Source: Gemmatimonadales bacterium
GTDB taxonomy: Bacteria > Gemmatimonadota > Gemmatimonadetes > Gemmatimonadales > GWC2-71-9
Length of the DNA: 64,000 bases
NCBI GenBank assembly: GCA_035278885.1
Contig: DATEIR010000068.1
Location: 4,095 to 68,094, forward strand
Reading direction: 5' to 3'
In this document: positions 35,949-44,058 of the stretch, one piece after another
Numbering within the stretch: the stretch's first letter is position 1
How the letters are laid out: each line of letters begins with the position of its first letter
Notes under the pieces: generated by a model
Seen by the model: only the letters and a program-made list of their open reading frames with translations
Told to the model about the DNA's origin: nothing
Database searches by the model: none
Translations under genes and position numbers: made by a program

Positions 35949-37454
35949 GTGGCCATGGACGGCGGCGGCTCCGACTTCCTGCTCGAGGCGCACGGCATCC
36001 GGAAGACGTTTCCGGGCGTGGTGGCCCTGCACGACGTCTCCTTCCGTCTGAGGCCGGGCACGGTCCACGCGCTGGTCGGGGAGAACGGCGCCGGGAAATC
36101 CACGCTGATGAAGATCATCGCCGCCGTGGATCAACCCGATCGCGGCGGCATCAGGCTCCGGAGCAGGGAAGTCCGCCTGGCCTCTCCGCTGGATGCGCTG
36201 GAGCAGGGGATCGCCATGATCCATCAGGAGCTCAACCTGATGCCCTTCATGACGGTGGCGGAGAACATCTGGATCCGGCGGGAGCCCACGACCCGGCTGG
36301 GCTTCGTGTCGCATGGCGAGCTCCATCGCCGGACGGCGCGACTGCTCGGCGACCTGGAGATCGACCTCGATCCCGAGGCCGAGGTCCGGAGCCTGTCGGT
36401 CGCCGAGCGACAGATGGTGGAGATCGCGAAGGCGATTTCCTACGATGCGGACGTCCTGATCATGGACGAGCCGACGTCCGCCCTGAGCGAGCGGGAGGTC
36501 GGGCACCTCTTCCGGATCATCCGGGACCTCAGGGGCCGGGGCAAAGGCATCATCTACATCACTCATCGGATGGACGAGCTGTTCGCGATCGCGGACGAAG
36601 TGTCCGTGTTCCGCGACGGATCCCACGTCGGGACCGAGGCCATCGGGGCGGTGACGCGGGACTCGCTGATCCGCATGATGGTGGGCCGGGATGTGAGCCA
36701 GCTCTTTCCCCGGCGGGAGGCCGCGATCGGGGAGGTGGTGCTCTCGGTCAGCAACCTGAGCCTCGGCGACCGGTTCCGCGACGTCTCATTCGAGCTCAGA
36801 GCGGGCGAGATCCTGGGCGTGGCGGGCCTGGTCGGATCGGGCCGCAGCAACGTGGCGGAGGCCATCTTCGGCGTGACCCCGCCGACCGCGGGCTCCATTG
36901 CCGTCGGCGGCGAGCCGATCACGCAGCCGAGCCCGCGGGAAGCCCTGAAGCGGGGGATCGCCTTCATCACCGAGGACCGGAAGGAGAGCGGCTGTTTCCT
37001 GCTGCTCGACATCCTCGCCAACATGGAGATGGCGGTCCTGAACCGCGACTTCGTGCGCTGGGGCTTCGTGGACAGCGTGGCCGTCGATCGGGAATGCGAG
37101 CGGATGCGGGCGACGCTCCGGGTCAAGACGCCGGACCTGCAGGAGCCGGTGATCAACCTGTCGGGCGGCAACCAGCAGAAGGTGCTGCTCGCCCGCTGGC
37201 TGCTCACCCGGCCCCGCGTGCTCATCCTGGACGAGCCGACCCGCGGGATCGACGTGGCCGCCAAGGCGGAGATACACCAGCTGATCGCGCGGCTGGCCGA
37301 GCAGGGTGTCGCGGTGCTGATGATCTCCTCCGAGCTGCCGGAGGTGCTGGGAATGAGCGACAGGATCCTGGTGATGCACGAGGGGCGGGTCACCGGTCTG
37401 CTGGACCGGGCGGACGCCGACCAGGTCACCATCATGACGCTCGCGTCGGACTGA
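35949..37454 (+). CDS. Sugar ABC transporter ATP-binding protein (duplicated ABC domains, RbsA/MglA type)
   Basis: Walker [10 protein letters not shown], signature [12 protein letters not shown], Walker B LIMDEPT, and second-domain LSGGNQQKV / [12 protein letters not shown]. Confidence 0.9.
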   Translation: MAMDGGGSDFLLEAHGIRKTFPGVVALHDVSFRLRPGTVHALVGENGAGKSTLMKIIAAVDQPDRGGIRLRSREVRLASPLDALEQGIAMIHQELNLMPFMTVAENIWIRREPTTRLGFVSHGELHRRTARLLGDLEIDLDPEAEVRSLSVAERQMVEIAKAISYDADVLIMDEPTSALSEREVGHLFRIIRDLRGRGKGIIYITHRMDELFAIADEVSVFRDGSHVGTEAIGAVTRDSLIRMMVGRDVSQLFPRREAAIGEVVLSVSNLSLGDRFRDVSFELRAGEILGVAGLVGSGRSNVAEAIFGVTPPTAGSIAVGGEPITQPSPREALKRGIAFITEDRKESGCFLLLDILANMEMAVLNRDFVRWGFVDSVAVDRECERMRATLRVKTPDLQEPVINLSGGNQQKVLLARWLLTRPRVLILDEPTRGIDVAAKAEIHQLIARLAEQGVAVLMISSELPEVLGMSDRILVMHEGRVTGLLDRADADQVTIMTLASD

Positions 37455-37479
37455 TGCGCGAGACCCGGAGGAGTGCCGC

Positions 37480-38511
37480 GTGGCGGTAGAACAGGTCGCC
37501 GAGATCGGCCGGCGGGCGGAGGCGGTGACTGGACGCCGGCGGAGGTGGCCGCCGGAGGCGGGGATCTTCCTGGTGCTCGTCGGCATAGCGCTGGCCTTCG
37601 AGCTGCTGGGCTGGATCCTGGTCGGGCAAAGCTTTCTGCTGAACTGGCAGCGGCTGCAGGTCATGATCCTGCAGGTCGCCGTCACCGGCATCATAGCGGT
37701 CGGGGTGACCCAGGTGATCATCACCGGGGGCATCGACCTGTCGTCGGGGTCGGTGCTCGGCATGACGGCGATGATCGCGGCGAGCCTGGCGCAGCGCTCC
37801 GACTACGCCAGGGCGGTGTATCCGGCGCTCACCGATCTGCCGGTGCTCGTGCCGGTGGCGGCGGGCCTGCTGGCGGGACTGGTGGCCGGGCTGGTCAACG
37901 GGACGCTGATTGCCTACACCAGGATTCCCCCATTCATCGCGACCCTGGGCATGATGGTGTCGGCCCGCGGCGTCGCCAAATGGTATACCCACGGCCAGCC
38001 GGTGAGCGGCCTGCGAGACGGCTACGCGGCGATCGGCTCGTGGATCTGGCCGGTGTTCATCTTCCTCGTCGTCGCGCTGATCTTTCACATCGCGCTCCGG
38101 TTCACCCGCTACGGCAAGTTCACCTACGCCATCGGCTCGAACCTGCAGGCGGCGAGGGTGTCCGGCATCGACGTGGGCCGTCACCTCATCGCGGTGTACG
38201 CCATCGCGGGACTGCTCTCCGGCCTCGCGGGGGTGGTGCAGTCCGCCCGGGCCATCACCGGGCAGGCGGGGATGGGGGTGATGGCGGAGCTGGACGCGAT
38301 CGCCGCCGCCGTCATCGGAGGCACATCGCTGTCGGGCGGCGTCGGGCGGATCACCGGGACGGTGCTGGGCACCGTGATCCTCGGCGTGCTGACGTCCGGG
38401 TTCACGTTCCTCAGGATCGACGCCTACTACCAGGAGATCATCAAGGGAGCGGTGATCGTCGCGGCCGTGGTGGCGGATCAGTATCGGCAGCGGAAGCGGA
38501 AGGGGGGGTAG
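37480..38511 (+). CDS. Sugar ABC transporter permease (RbsC/BPD_transp_2 type)
   Basis: Multiple TM segments and family strings ([28 protein letters not shown]). Confidence 0.9.
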   Translation: MAVEQVAEIGRRAEAVTGRRRRWPPEAGIFLVLVGIALAFELLGWILVGQSFLLNWQRLQVMILQVAVTGIIAVGVTQVIITGGIDLSSGSVLGMTAMIAASLAQRSDYARAVYPALTDLPVLVPVAAGLLAGLVAGLVNGTLIAYTRIPPFIATLGMMVSARGVAKWYTHGQPVSGLRDGYAAIGSWIWPVFIFLVVALIFHIALRFTRYGKFTYAIGSNLQAARVSGIDVGRHLIAVYAIAGLLSGLAGVVQSARAITGQAGMGVMAELDAIAAAVIGGTSLSGGVGRITGTVLGTVILGVLTSGFTFLRIDAYYQEIIKGAVIVAAVVADQYRQRKRKGG

Positions 38512-38611
38512 GGAAGGGAAAGAGCGAAAGGCGAAGGGCGAAGGCGAAGGGCGCGCGCGAAGAATTCCTCGCGGGCCCCCTTCGCCTTTCGCCCTTCGCC
38601 TTTCCCCTCCC
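38511..38611. repeat. Palindromic GGCGAAG-heptamer element (element B), a probable bidirectional terminator hairpin
   Basis: The left arm GGGAAGGGAAAGAGCGAAAGGCGAAGGGCGAAGGCGAAGGGCG pairs with the right arm CCCCCTTCGCCTTTCGCCCTTCGCCTTTCCCCTCCC, with one indel. The loop is centred on GAATTC. It exactly fills the gap between convergent stops (38509..38511 and 38612..38614). Confidence 0.75.
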
Positions 38612-39361
38612 TTAAGACCTCGCCGGCCGATGCCCCAGCACCACGTCCGCCACTCCCTGTACCGTCTCCGCGGCCTCGGATGCCAGGTCGAGGACCTTGC
38701 GGCCCAGCTCCTTCCGCCGACCCGCGCCCTTCTGCCAGCGGCGGAAGCCATCGGTGACGGCTTCCTGGCCCGACTTGGCGGCCCGGATCGGCCACTCGAC
38801 AACCCAATCGCCGGCGGCGGGCGCCACAGGCGTCTCGGCCGAGGGCTGGTCGGGACGGGCTTCGTCGAGCAGCGTTTGCAGGCGTGCCTCAGCGAGGAAG
38901 GGGCAGCCCGCGGGCACGCTGGTGGCGAACCGGGTCTCGGTCGCGCTGTCGAAGCGGAGTCGCCGGCCGGGGAGGACCGTCGGCTTCCGCAGCCGGCGGG
39001 TCGGGGGCGGCTCTGCGCCCTCGACATAGGCCAGCCAGGCGCCGCCCTCGCGGTCCTTGAACTCCATGGCCTGGGTCAGGGGGTTACCGCGCGGGTACAG
39101 GGGGGTTCGCGAGGCCTGCAGGGCAACCTTCTTCCCCCGGGATGGCGAGCGGCGTTTCGGCGCGGGGATGTCGGGGGCTGCGGGGCGCGCCGCCTGCATT
39201 TCCCGCGTCCATTCAGTGAGGCTGTCGATCAGCTTGCCGAGGTCCGCTTCCATTCTGCTGCGGTCTATTGGGGTCACGCTCTCGGATTCGATCCGGTTGT
39301 GCCGTCGTTGTGCGTTGGTCGCCTTCGGCGCGGCCGGCTTCGGCGCCTTCCTCCCAGCCAT
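38612..39361 (-). CDS. Hypothetical protein (basic N-terminus)
   Basis: ORF 38612..39424. I prefer the ATG at 39361 (MAGRKAPKP...), which is preceded by GGGAGGA. No family was recognised. Confidence 0.5.
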   Translation of the reverse strand: MAGRKAPKPAAPKATNAQRRHNRIESESVTPIDRSRMEADLGKLIDSLTEWTREMQAARPAAPDIPAPKRRSPSRGKKVALQASRTPLYPRGNPLTQAMEFKDREGGAWLAYVEGAEPPPTRRLRKPTVLPGRRLRFDSATETRFATSVPAGCPFLAEARLQTLLDEARPDQPSAETPVAPAAGDWVVEWPIRAAKSGQEAVTDGFRRWQKGAGRRKELGRKVLDLASEAAETVQGVADVVLGHRPARS

Positions 39362-39686
39362 TGTTCCGTCCTCCCGGTAATGATTGGCACCACGGTATGA
39401 GGCCAGACCACGCCGGCGCGCCACGACACAACCCGCATGCTGGACCTGCGCTGATGTCCTTCGCCGGGTCGCAAGGAGGAGGGGCGTTCACCGAACCGCA
39501 TTTTGGACGAGCGAGGCAGACGGAGGGGTGAGGGCCGGCCATCCCCGGGCCCGATGACCAAGATCAGGATAGCAGGAGATGCTGGATATTGCACTTTGGT
39601 GGTAGGAGGGTGCGGGGTGCCGTGGTCTCGTAGTAGCCTCCCCAACAAGGGGAGATCCGCAGTTCCAGGCACGCCCGCCACTCCCC

Positions 39687-40697
39687 TTACACGGCGGCCG
39701 GACTTCTCACGCTCAGATCCCTCGGCGACCCGCCCCACTGCCGGCTCCATGCCCGGCGGAGCTGCTGGCCGGAGCTGAACCCCGCCGACTCCGCCGCCCG
39801 GGTCACGCTCGCGCCGCACTCCAGCGCCTGCCGCGCGCGTTCCAGGCGGATGGAACGGAGATAGTGCAGCGGCGCGATCCCGACGTGCTCCCGGAAGAGC
39901 CGCAGCAGGTGCCGCTCGGTGGTGTGGCCGACCGAGGCCAGGCTCGCCATGTCCCACTCATCCGACGGCCGGCTCAGAATGGCGTCCTGCACCCGGTGGA
40001 CCGCGGGGTGTAAGTGCCTGCGGTGCACCAGAAAGGGCGACAGCTCCGGGTCGCTCGGCGTGCGCCTGAAATAGACCACCATGTCCTCGGCCACCGTGGC
40101 CGCGAGCGCCTCGCCGCACTCCTCCGCGATGAGGTGCAGGGCCAGGTCGATGCCGGCGGTGATCCCGGCGCTCGACGCGATGGGCCCATCCACCACGAAG
40201 ACCCGGTTGTCGATGACCCGGGCCGACGGCGCGGCCGTGCGCAGCACGTCCAGCAGCTCATGATGGGTGGTGCAGCTCCGGCGGGCGAGGATCCCGGCCC
40301 GGGCGCCGAGCAGTGTGCCGGAGCAGATCGCGACGAAACGGTGGGGAGACTGCTCACCCCGGAAGTCCTCCCGCCGCCGCCGCAGCCACTCGACGATCGC
40401 GACGATCTCCGGGGTGATCGTGCTCAGGTGGATGGTCGGACGCCCCGCCACCACCACCCAGGTCGGCCGAGGCAGCTCGGCGGGCAGCGGCTCGAGGTTG
40501 CTGATGGAGAGGCCGACGGAGGTCGAGACCGGGCTCGCCGGCCCGGCGAACCTGAGCCGGAAGCGGTGGGGCAGGCCGCGGAGGGAGCGGTGGTAGTTGG
40601 CCAGCCGGAACGCCTCCGCCGGCCCGGCGATGTCGAGCAGGAGCGCGTGCGGGGCGATCACGAACAGGAGATCGATTTGGTCCACGGGCAGGATCAT
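39687..40697 (-). CDS. GlxA-family regulator (DJ-1/PfpI-like domain fused to AraC-type HTH)
   Basis: N-terminal amidotransferase-like domain (AICSGTLLGARAGIL, SSAGITAGIDLALHLI) and C-terminal AraC HTH (SLASVGHTTERHLLRLF...YLRSIRLERARQAL). Confidence 0.85.
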   Translation of the reverse strand: MILPVDQIDLLFVIAPHALLLDIAGPAEAFRLANYHRSLRGLPHRFRLRFAGPASPVSTSVGLSISNLEPLPAELPRPTWVVVAGRPTIHLSTITPEIVAIVEWLRRRREDFRGEQSPHRFVAICSGTLLGARAGILARRSCTTHHELLDVLRTAAPSARVIDNRVFVVDGPIASSAGITAGIDLALHLIAEECGEALAATVAEDMVVYFRRTPSDPELSPFLVHRRHLHPAVHRVQDAILSRPSDEWDMASLASVGHTTERHLLRLFREHVGIAPLHYLRSIRLERARQALECGASVTRAAESAGFSSGQQLRRAWSRQWGGSPRDLSVRSPAAV

Positions 40698-40783
40698 GTC
40701 AGGTGTCCGGAAGTGATCGAAAGTTGTCGTCCCATGGCGCGCCGGGCGGAACCCGGACTCCTAGCTTCGGAGCGGTTCCCGCT

Positions 40784-42829
40784 ATGGAGACGCGCTCGAT
40801 GCTTCGACCGACGACAATGGCGGCGGGTCTGCTCGCCGTCTCGCTCGCCACCGCCGGCGCCCAGGCGCCCAACGTCGTGAGCCCGGGCGACGACTTCTTC
40901 GCCTACGCCAACGGCGACTGGCTCGCCGCCACCGCGTTGCCGGCGGGTACCGAACGCTGGACCGCCCGCAACGAGATCAACGAGCTGGCGCGTCGACAGG
41001 TCGCCCAGCTCCTCGACGCCGCGGCCTCGGCGCCGGCGGGGTCGCTGGCGCGCCGGGTCGCCGACTTCCGCGCTGCCTGGCTGGACACCGCGGCCATCGA
41101 GTCGAAGGGGATCCGGCCCCTCGCGCCCCTGCTCGACAGCATCGGCCTGCTCCGCGACAAGGCGGACCTGACCCGCTACCTCGGGCGCGACGTGCTCGCC
41201 GACGTCGATCCGCTCAACTGGGGCGTGTACCGCTCGTCGCACGTGCTGGGTCTGTCGGTCGAGCCCGGCATCTGCGAGCCGACCCCGGTGGCCTTCCTGC
41301 TCCAGGGCGGGCTCGGCCTGCCCGACCGGGAGGACTATCTGAGCGCTGACCCGGCAAAGGTGTCACTCCGGAGCCGGTACCGACAGTACATCGCGCGGCT
41401 GCTGACACTCGCCGGGTTCGGGCATGCAATCGAGCGGGCCCGCGGGGTCCTGGACCTGGAGGTGGCGCTCGCGCAGTCCCAGGCGGGCGCCGAGACGTCG
41501 GCCAGCGACCAGAACGCCGACAGCCTGTGGCAGCGGGCGGACTTCGCCGGCCGGGCTCCGGGGATGGACTGGGCGGCCTTCTTCGACGCCGCGGGTCTGG
41601 CGGGGCAGGGGTCGTTCGGGGTGTGGCAGCCGCGGGCGGTCACCGGGCTGGCTGCCCAGGTCGGGTCCCGCCCGCTCCCCGTCTGGAAGGACTACCTGCG
41701 CTTTCATCTCCTGCAGGAGAACGTCGACCTGCTTCCGCGGCGGTTCGCCGAGGCGGGGGAGGCGCTTAGAGCGCGCAGGGACGCAGGGGCGCGGGGACGC
41801 AGAGGCGCAGAAACCAGCCCAGCGGCCGACCGAGCCGAGCAGGCGCTCGATGCGACCCAGACGGCCCTGGGCAACGCCGTGGGCCGGCTCTACGTCGAGC
41901 GGTACTTCGCGCCAACGCAGAAGGCCAGGCTGCAGACCATCGTCGCCAACGTGATCGCGGCTTTCCGGAAGCGCGTCGAGGCGGCGAGCTGGATGTCGGC
42001 CGAGACCCGCGCGACCGCGCTGGCCAAGCTGGACGCGGTGTATTTCGGAATCGGGTACCCGGAGCGGTGGCCGGACTATGGTGATCTGGTGGTGAAGGCC
42101 GACGACCCGATCGGCAACCTCCGTCGGGTCCGCGCGTGGGAGTACCGCCGAGCGCTGGCGCGCCTGGGCCGGCGGGTGGATCTGAAGGAATGGTGGCTGC
42201 CGCCTGCCCGGCCGGCGGCGATCCTGATCTTCCAGCAGAACGCGTACAACTTTCCCGCGGCCCTGCTGCAGCCGCCCAAGTTCGACCCGGCCGCGTCCGA
42301 CGCCACCAACTACGGCGCCATCGGGGCGATCGTCGGACACGAGGTCAGCCATATCGTCGATCTGCTGGGCATGGAGTGGGATGCCCAGAGGCGAGAGCGC
42401 CGGTGGTGGACGGATGAGGACATCGCGCGGTTCCATGCTGCGGCCGAGCCGCTGATGCGGCAGGTCGCCGAATATCAACCACTGCCAGGCGTGGCCGTCG
42501 ACGCCAAGAAGACGCAGATCGAGGATGTGGCCGACCTGGCCGGGCTGATGGCGGCCTTCGAGGCCTACCGCGCCGCTTTCGACGCCCGGCGCTTCGACGC
42601 CGGGTACGTAAAGCAGCAGGATCGGGAGTTCTTCCTGGGGTTCGCGCGAAGCTGGCGTAGCCGGAGCAGTGAGGCGGGATTGCGGACGCAGCTCGCGTCG
42701 GACAACCACACGCCGGAACAGTTCCGAATCGCCACGGTGCGCAACCTGGACGCGTGGTACCAGGCGTTCGATGTCACTCCGGGCCAGAAGCTGTACCTCG
42801 AGCCGCGCGCCCGGGTGCGTGTCTGGTAG
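40784..42829 (+). CDS. M13 family zinc metallopeptidase (PepO/endothelin-converting-enzyme-like)
   Basis: ATG at 40784, in-frame within ORF 40703..42829. Signal peptide; DDFFAYANGDW; NAYNFP; zinc motif VGHEVSH; C-terminal NLDAWYQAF...W. Confidence 0.9.
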   Translation: METRSMLRPTTMAAGLLAVSLATAGAQAPNVVSPGDDFFAYANGDWLAATALPAGTERWTARNEINELARRQVAQLLDAAASAPAGSLARRVADFRAAWLDTAAIESKGIRPLAPLLDSIGLLRDKADLTRYLGRDVLADVDPLNWGVYRSSHVLGLSVEPGICEPTPVAFLLQGGLGLPDREDYLSADPAKVSLRSRYRQYIARLLTLAGFGHAIERARGVLDLEVALAQSQAGAETSASDQNADSLWQRADFAGRAPGMDWAAFFDAAGLAGQGSFGVWQPRAVTGLAAQVGSRPLPVWKDYLRFHLLQENVDLLPRRFAEAGEALRARRDAGARGRRGAETSPAADRAEQALDATQTALGNAVGRLYVERYFAPTQKARLQTIVANVIAAFRKRVEAASWMSAETRATALAKLDAVYFGIGYPERWPDYGDLVVKADDPIGNLRRVRAWEYRRALARLGRRVDLKEWWLPPARPAAILIFQQNAYNFPAALLQPPKFDPAASDATNYGAIGAIVGHEVSHIVDLLGMEWDAQRRERRWWTDEDIARFHAAAEPLMRQVAEYQPLPGVAVDAKKTQIEDVADLAGLMAAFEAYRAAFDARRFDAGYVKQQDREFFLGFARSWRSRSSEAGLRTQLASDNHTPEQFRIATVRNLDAWYQAFDVTPGQKLYLEPRARVRVW

Positions 42830-42839
42830 CGAGACACGC

Positions 42840-43601
42840 ATGCGAGTCACCGTCTGCGAGCTGCCGCACGAGACCGATGCGCTCATCGCCGCGTGGGCAG
42901 ACTTGTGCGCGCACACCGCGGCGCACGGGTCGCAGCTCGTGCTTCTCCCTGAGTTCGCCATGGTGGAGCCTGTGTGGGAGTCGGAGCAATTCGAGGCCGA
43001 GCGCTGGAGTGCGATCGAGGCCCTGGGGACTGCGTACCTCCGCTGCCTCGCGGACCTGGGCGCCGAGTATGTGGTGGGCACCCGGCCGGTGACCCGCAAG
43101 GGGCGGCGCCTGAACCAGGCCTACATCTGGTCGGCTGCCGCCGGCGAAGAGCCGCTGCGGAACAAGTTCTTCCTCCCGCAGGAGCCGGGGAACTGGGAGG
43201 CGACGTGGTTCGAGGCGGGGGATCCCGGGTTCCCCCTGTTCCACACGGGTTCGATGTCCTTCGGGGTCAACATCTGCACCGAGCTGTGGGCGCTGGAGAC
43301 TTATGCGGCGTACGCCGCAGGTGGGATCGAGGTGTTGATGTCCCCGCGGGCAACCGCGCGGGCGACGATGAAGAAGTGGCTGGCGGCGGGGGTCGTCGCG
43401 GCGGTGCGCTCGGGGGCGTTCAGCTTGTCGTCCAATCGGGTCGATGCGACCGGTGGGTGCGGTGGGGGCGGGTGGATCATCGATCCGGCCGGGGAGGTGC
43501 TCGCAGTGACCTCGGCGCCCGAGCCGTTCGCGACGCGAGAGATCGATCTGGCGGCGGCGGCGGCGGCGAAGCGGAGCTACCCTCGGTACGTGTTTGGGTG
43601 A
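42840..43601 (+). CDS. Carbon-nitrogen hydrolase (nitrilase superfamily) protein
   Basis: ATG at 42840, in-frame within ORF 42669..43601. The Glu/Lys/Cys triad contexts are LLPEF, RNKFFLP and VNICTELW. Confidence 0.8.
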   Translation: MRVTVCELPHETDALIAAWADLCAHTAAHGSQLVLLPEFAMVEPVWESEQFEAERWSAIEALGTAYLRCLADLGAEYVVGTRPVTRKGRRLNQAYIWSAAAGEEPLRNKFFLPQEPGNWEATWFEAGDPGFPLFHTGSMSFGVNICTELWALETYAAYAAGGIEVLMSPRATARATMKKWLAAGVVAAVRSGAFSLSSNRVDATGGCGGGGWIIDPAGEVLAVTSAPEPFATREIDLAAAAAAKRSYPRYVFG

Positions 43602-43602
43602 A

Positions 43603-43642
43603 GGGGCGCAGGGCGCAGGGGCGCAGGGCGCAGGGGCGCAGG
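43603..43642. repeat. Left arm of a gene-flanking inverted simple repeat (GGGGCGCA/GGGCGCA)n
   Basis: GGGGCGCAGGGCGCAGGGGCGCAGGGCGCAGGGGCGCAGG begins 2 nt after the TGA at 43599..43601. It is the reverse complement of the array at 44026..44058. Confidence 0.8.
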
Positions 43643-43649
43643 TAGAGAT

Positions 43650-44009
43650 TCAGGGCGGGTCGGACATTCCTCTGAGCAGACCCCAGGTCAGTCGGCCTAC
43701 CTGGGTTCTTAGCCCATGCAGCTTTGCCCACTCCTGCTCCTCCAAGAGGCCGCGATCGCGAGCGAACCGTAGCAGATGGGACAGCTCCGCCAAGGACCCC
43801 CGGGCAATATTGAGGAACCGCCGCAGCTCGCGCGGGCCCAGGCGTGCCGCACCTTCCGCGATGTTGGCAGGGACCGACAAGGCGGCGCGACGCACTTGGG
43901 TCGTCAGCTCGAACCGCTCCGTCCTCGGCCATCTGTCGGTGGCATCATACACCTGCAGCGCCAAGCGATGCGCGGCTTGCCATGCGTCAAGCTTCTCGTG
44001 AGGGTCCAT
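43650..44009 (-). CDS. Four-helix-bundle protein (23S rRNA intervening-sequence protein family, PF05635/TIGR02436-like)
   Basis: LDAWQAAHRLALQVY...ERFELTTQVRRAALSVPANIAEGAAR...FLNIARGSLAELSHLL match the family consensus (W/FQKA...LxxQLRRAAxSIxxNIAEG...FLxIAxGSxxEL). Confidence 0.9.
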   Translation of the reverse strand: MDPHEKLDAWQAAHRLALQVYDATDRWPRTERFELTTQVRRAALSVPANIAEGAARLGPRELRRFLNIARGSLAELSHLLRFARDRGLLEEQEWAKLHGLRTQVGRLTWGLLRGMSDPP

Positions 44010-44025
44010 TCACCAAGGTTGGGCA

Positions 44026-44058
44026 CCCGCCCCTGCGCCCCTGCGCCCCTGCGCCCCT
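44026..44058. repeat. Right arm of the gene-flanking inverted simple repeat (CCCCTGCG)n
   Basis: CCCGCCCCTGCGCCCCTGCGCCCCTGCGCCCCT overlaps the stop codon (44057..44059) of the histidine-kinase gene. Confidence 0.8.

Noticed and set aside
39638-39657. Hairpin CTCCCC-AACAA-GGGGAG as terminator of the GlxA-family gene
   Set aside because: It has a 6-bp stem with no U-tract on the relevant (minus) strand. It lies in a promoter-like, A/T-richer region upstream of the next gene. The support is insufficient.
39362-39686. Possible small RNA or tRNA in the 325-nt A/T-richer intergenic region (also 57250..57444 and 57973..58204)
   Set aside because: I found no cloverleaf-compatible segments, no conserved ncRNA cores that I recognise and no terminator-bounded unit. 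These regions are most simply promoter/leader regions of the flanking genes.
39503-39778. 91-aa + strand ORF bridging the intergenic region and the 3' end of the GlxA-family gene
   Set aside because: It has a TTG start with no SD and a Gly/Arg/Pro-rich product. It also overlaps a well-supported minus-strand gene.
43603-43642. Possible CRISPR array (also considered for 18636..18700 and 38511..38611)
   Set aside because: The repeat units are only 7-8 nt, directly abutting, with no spacers. The arrays occur as inverted pairs and no cas genes are present. They are simple-repeat palindromes, not CRISPRs.
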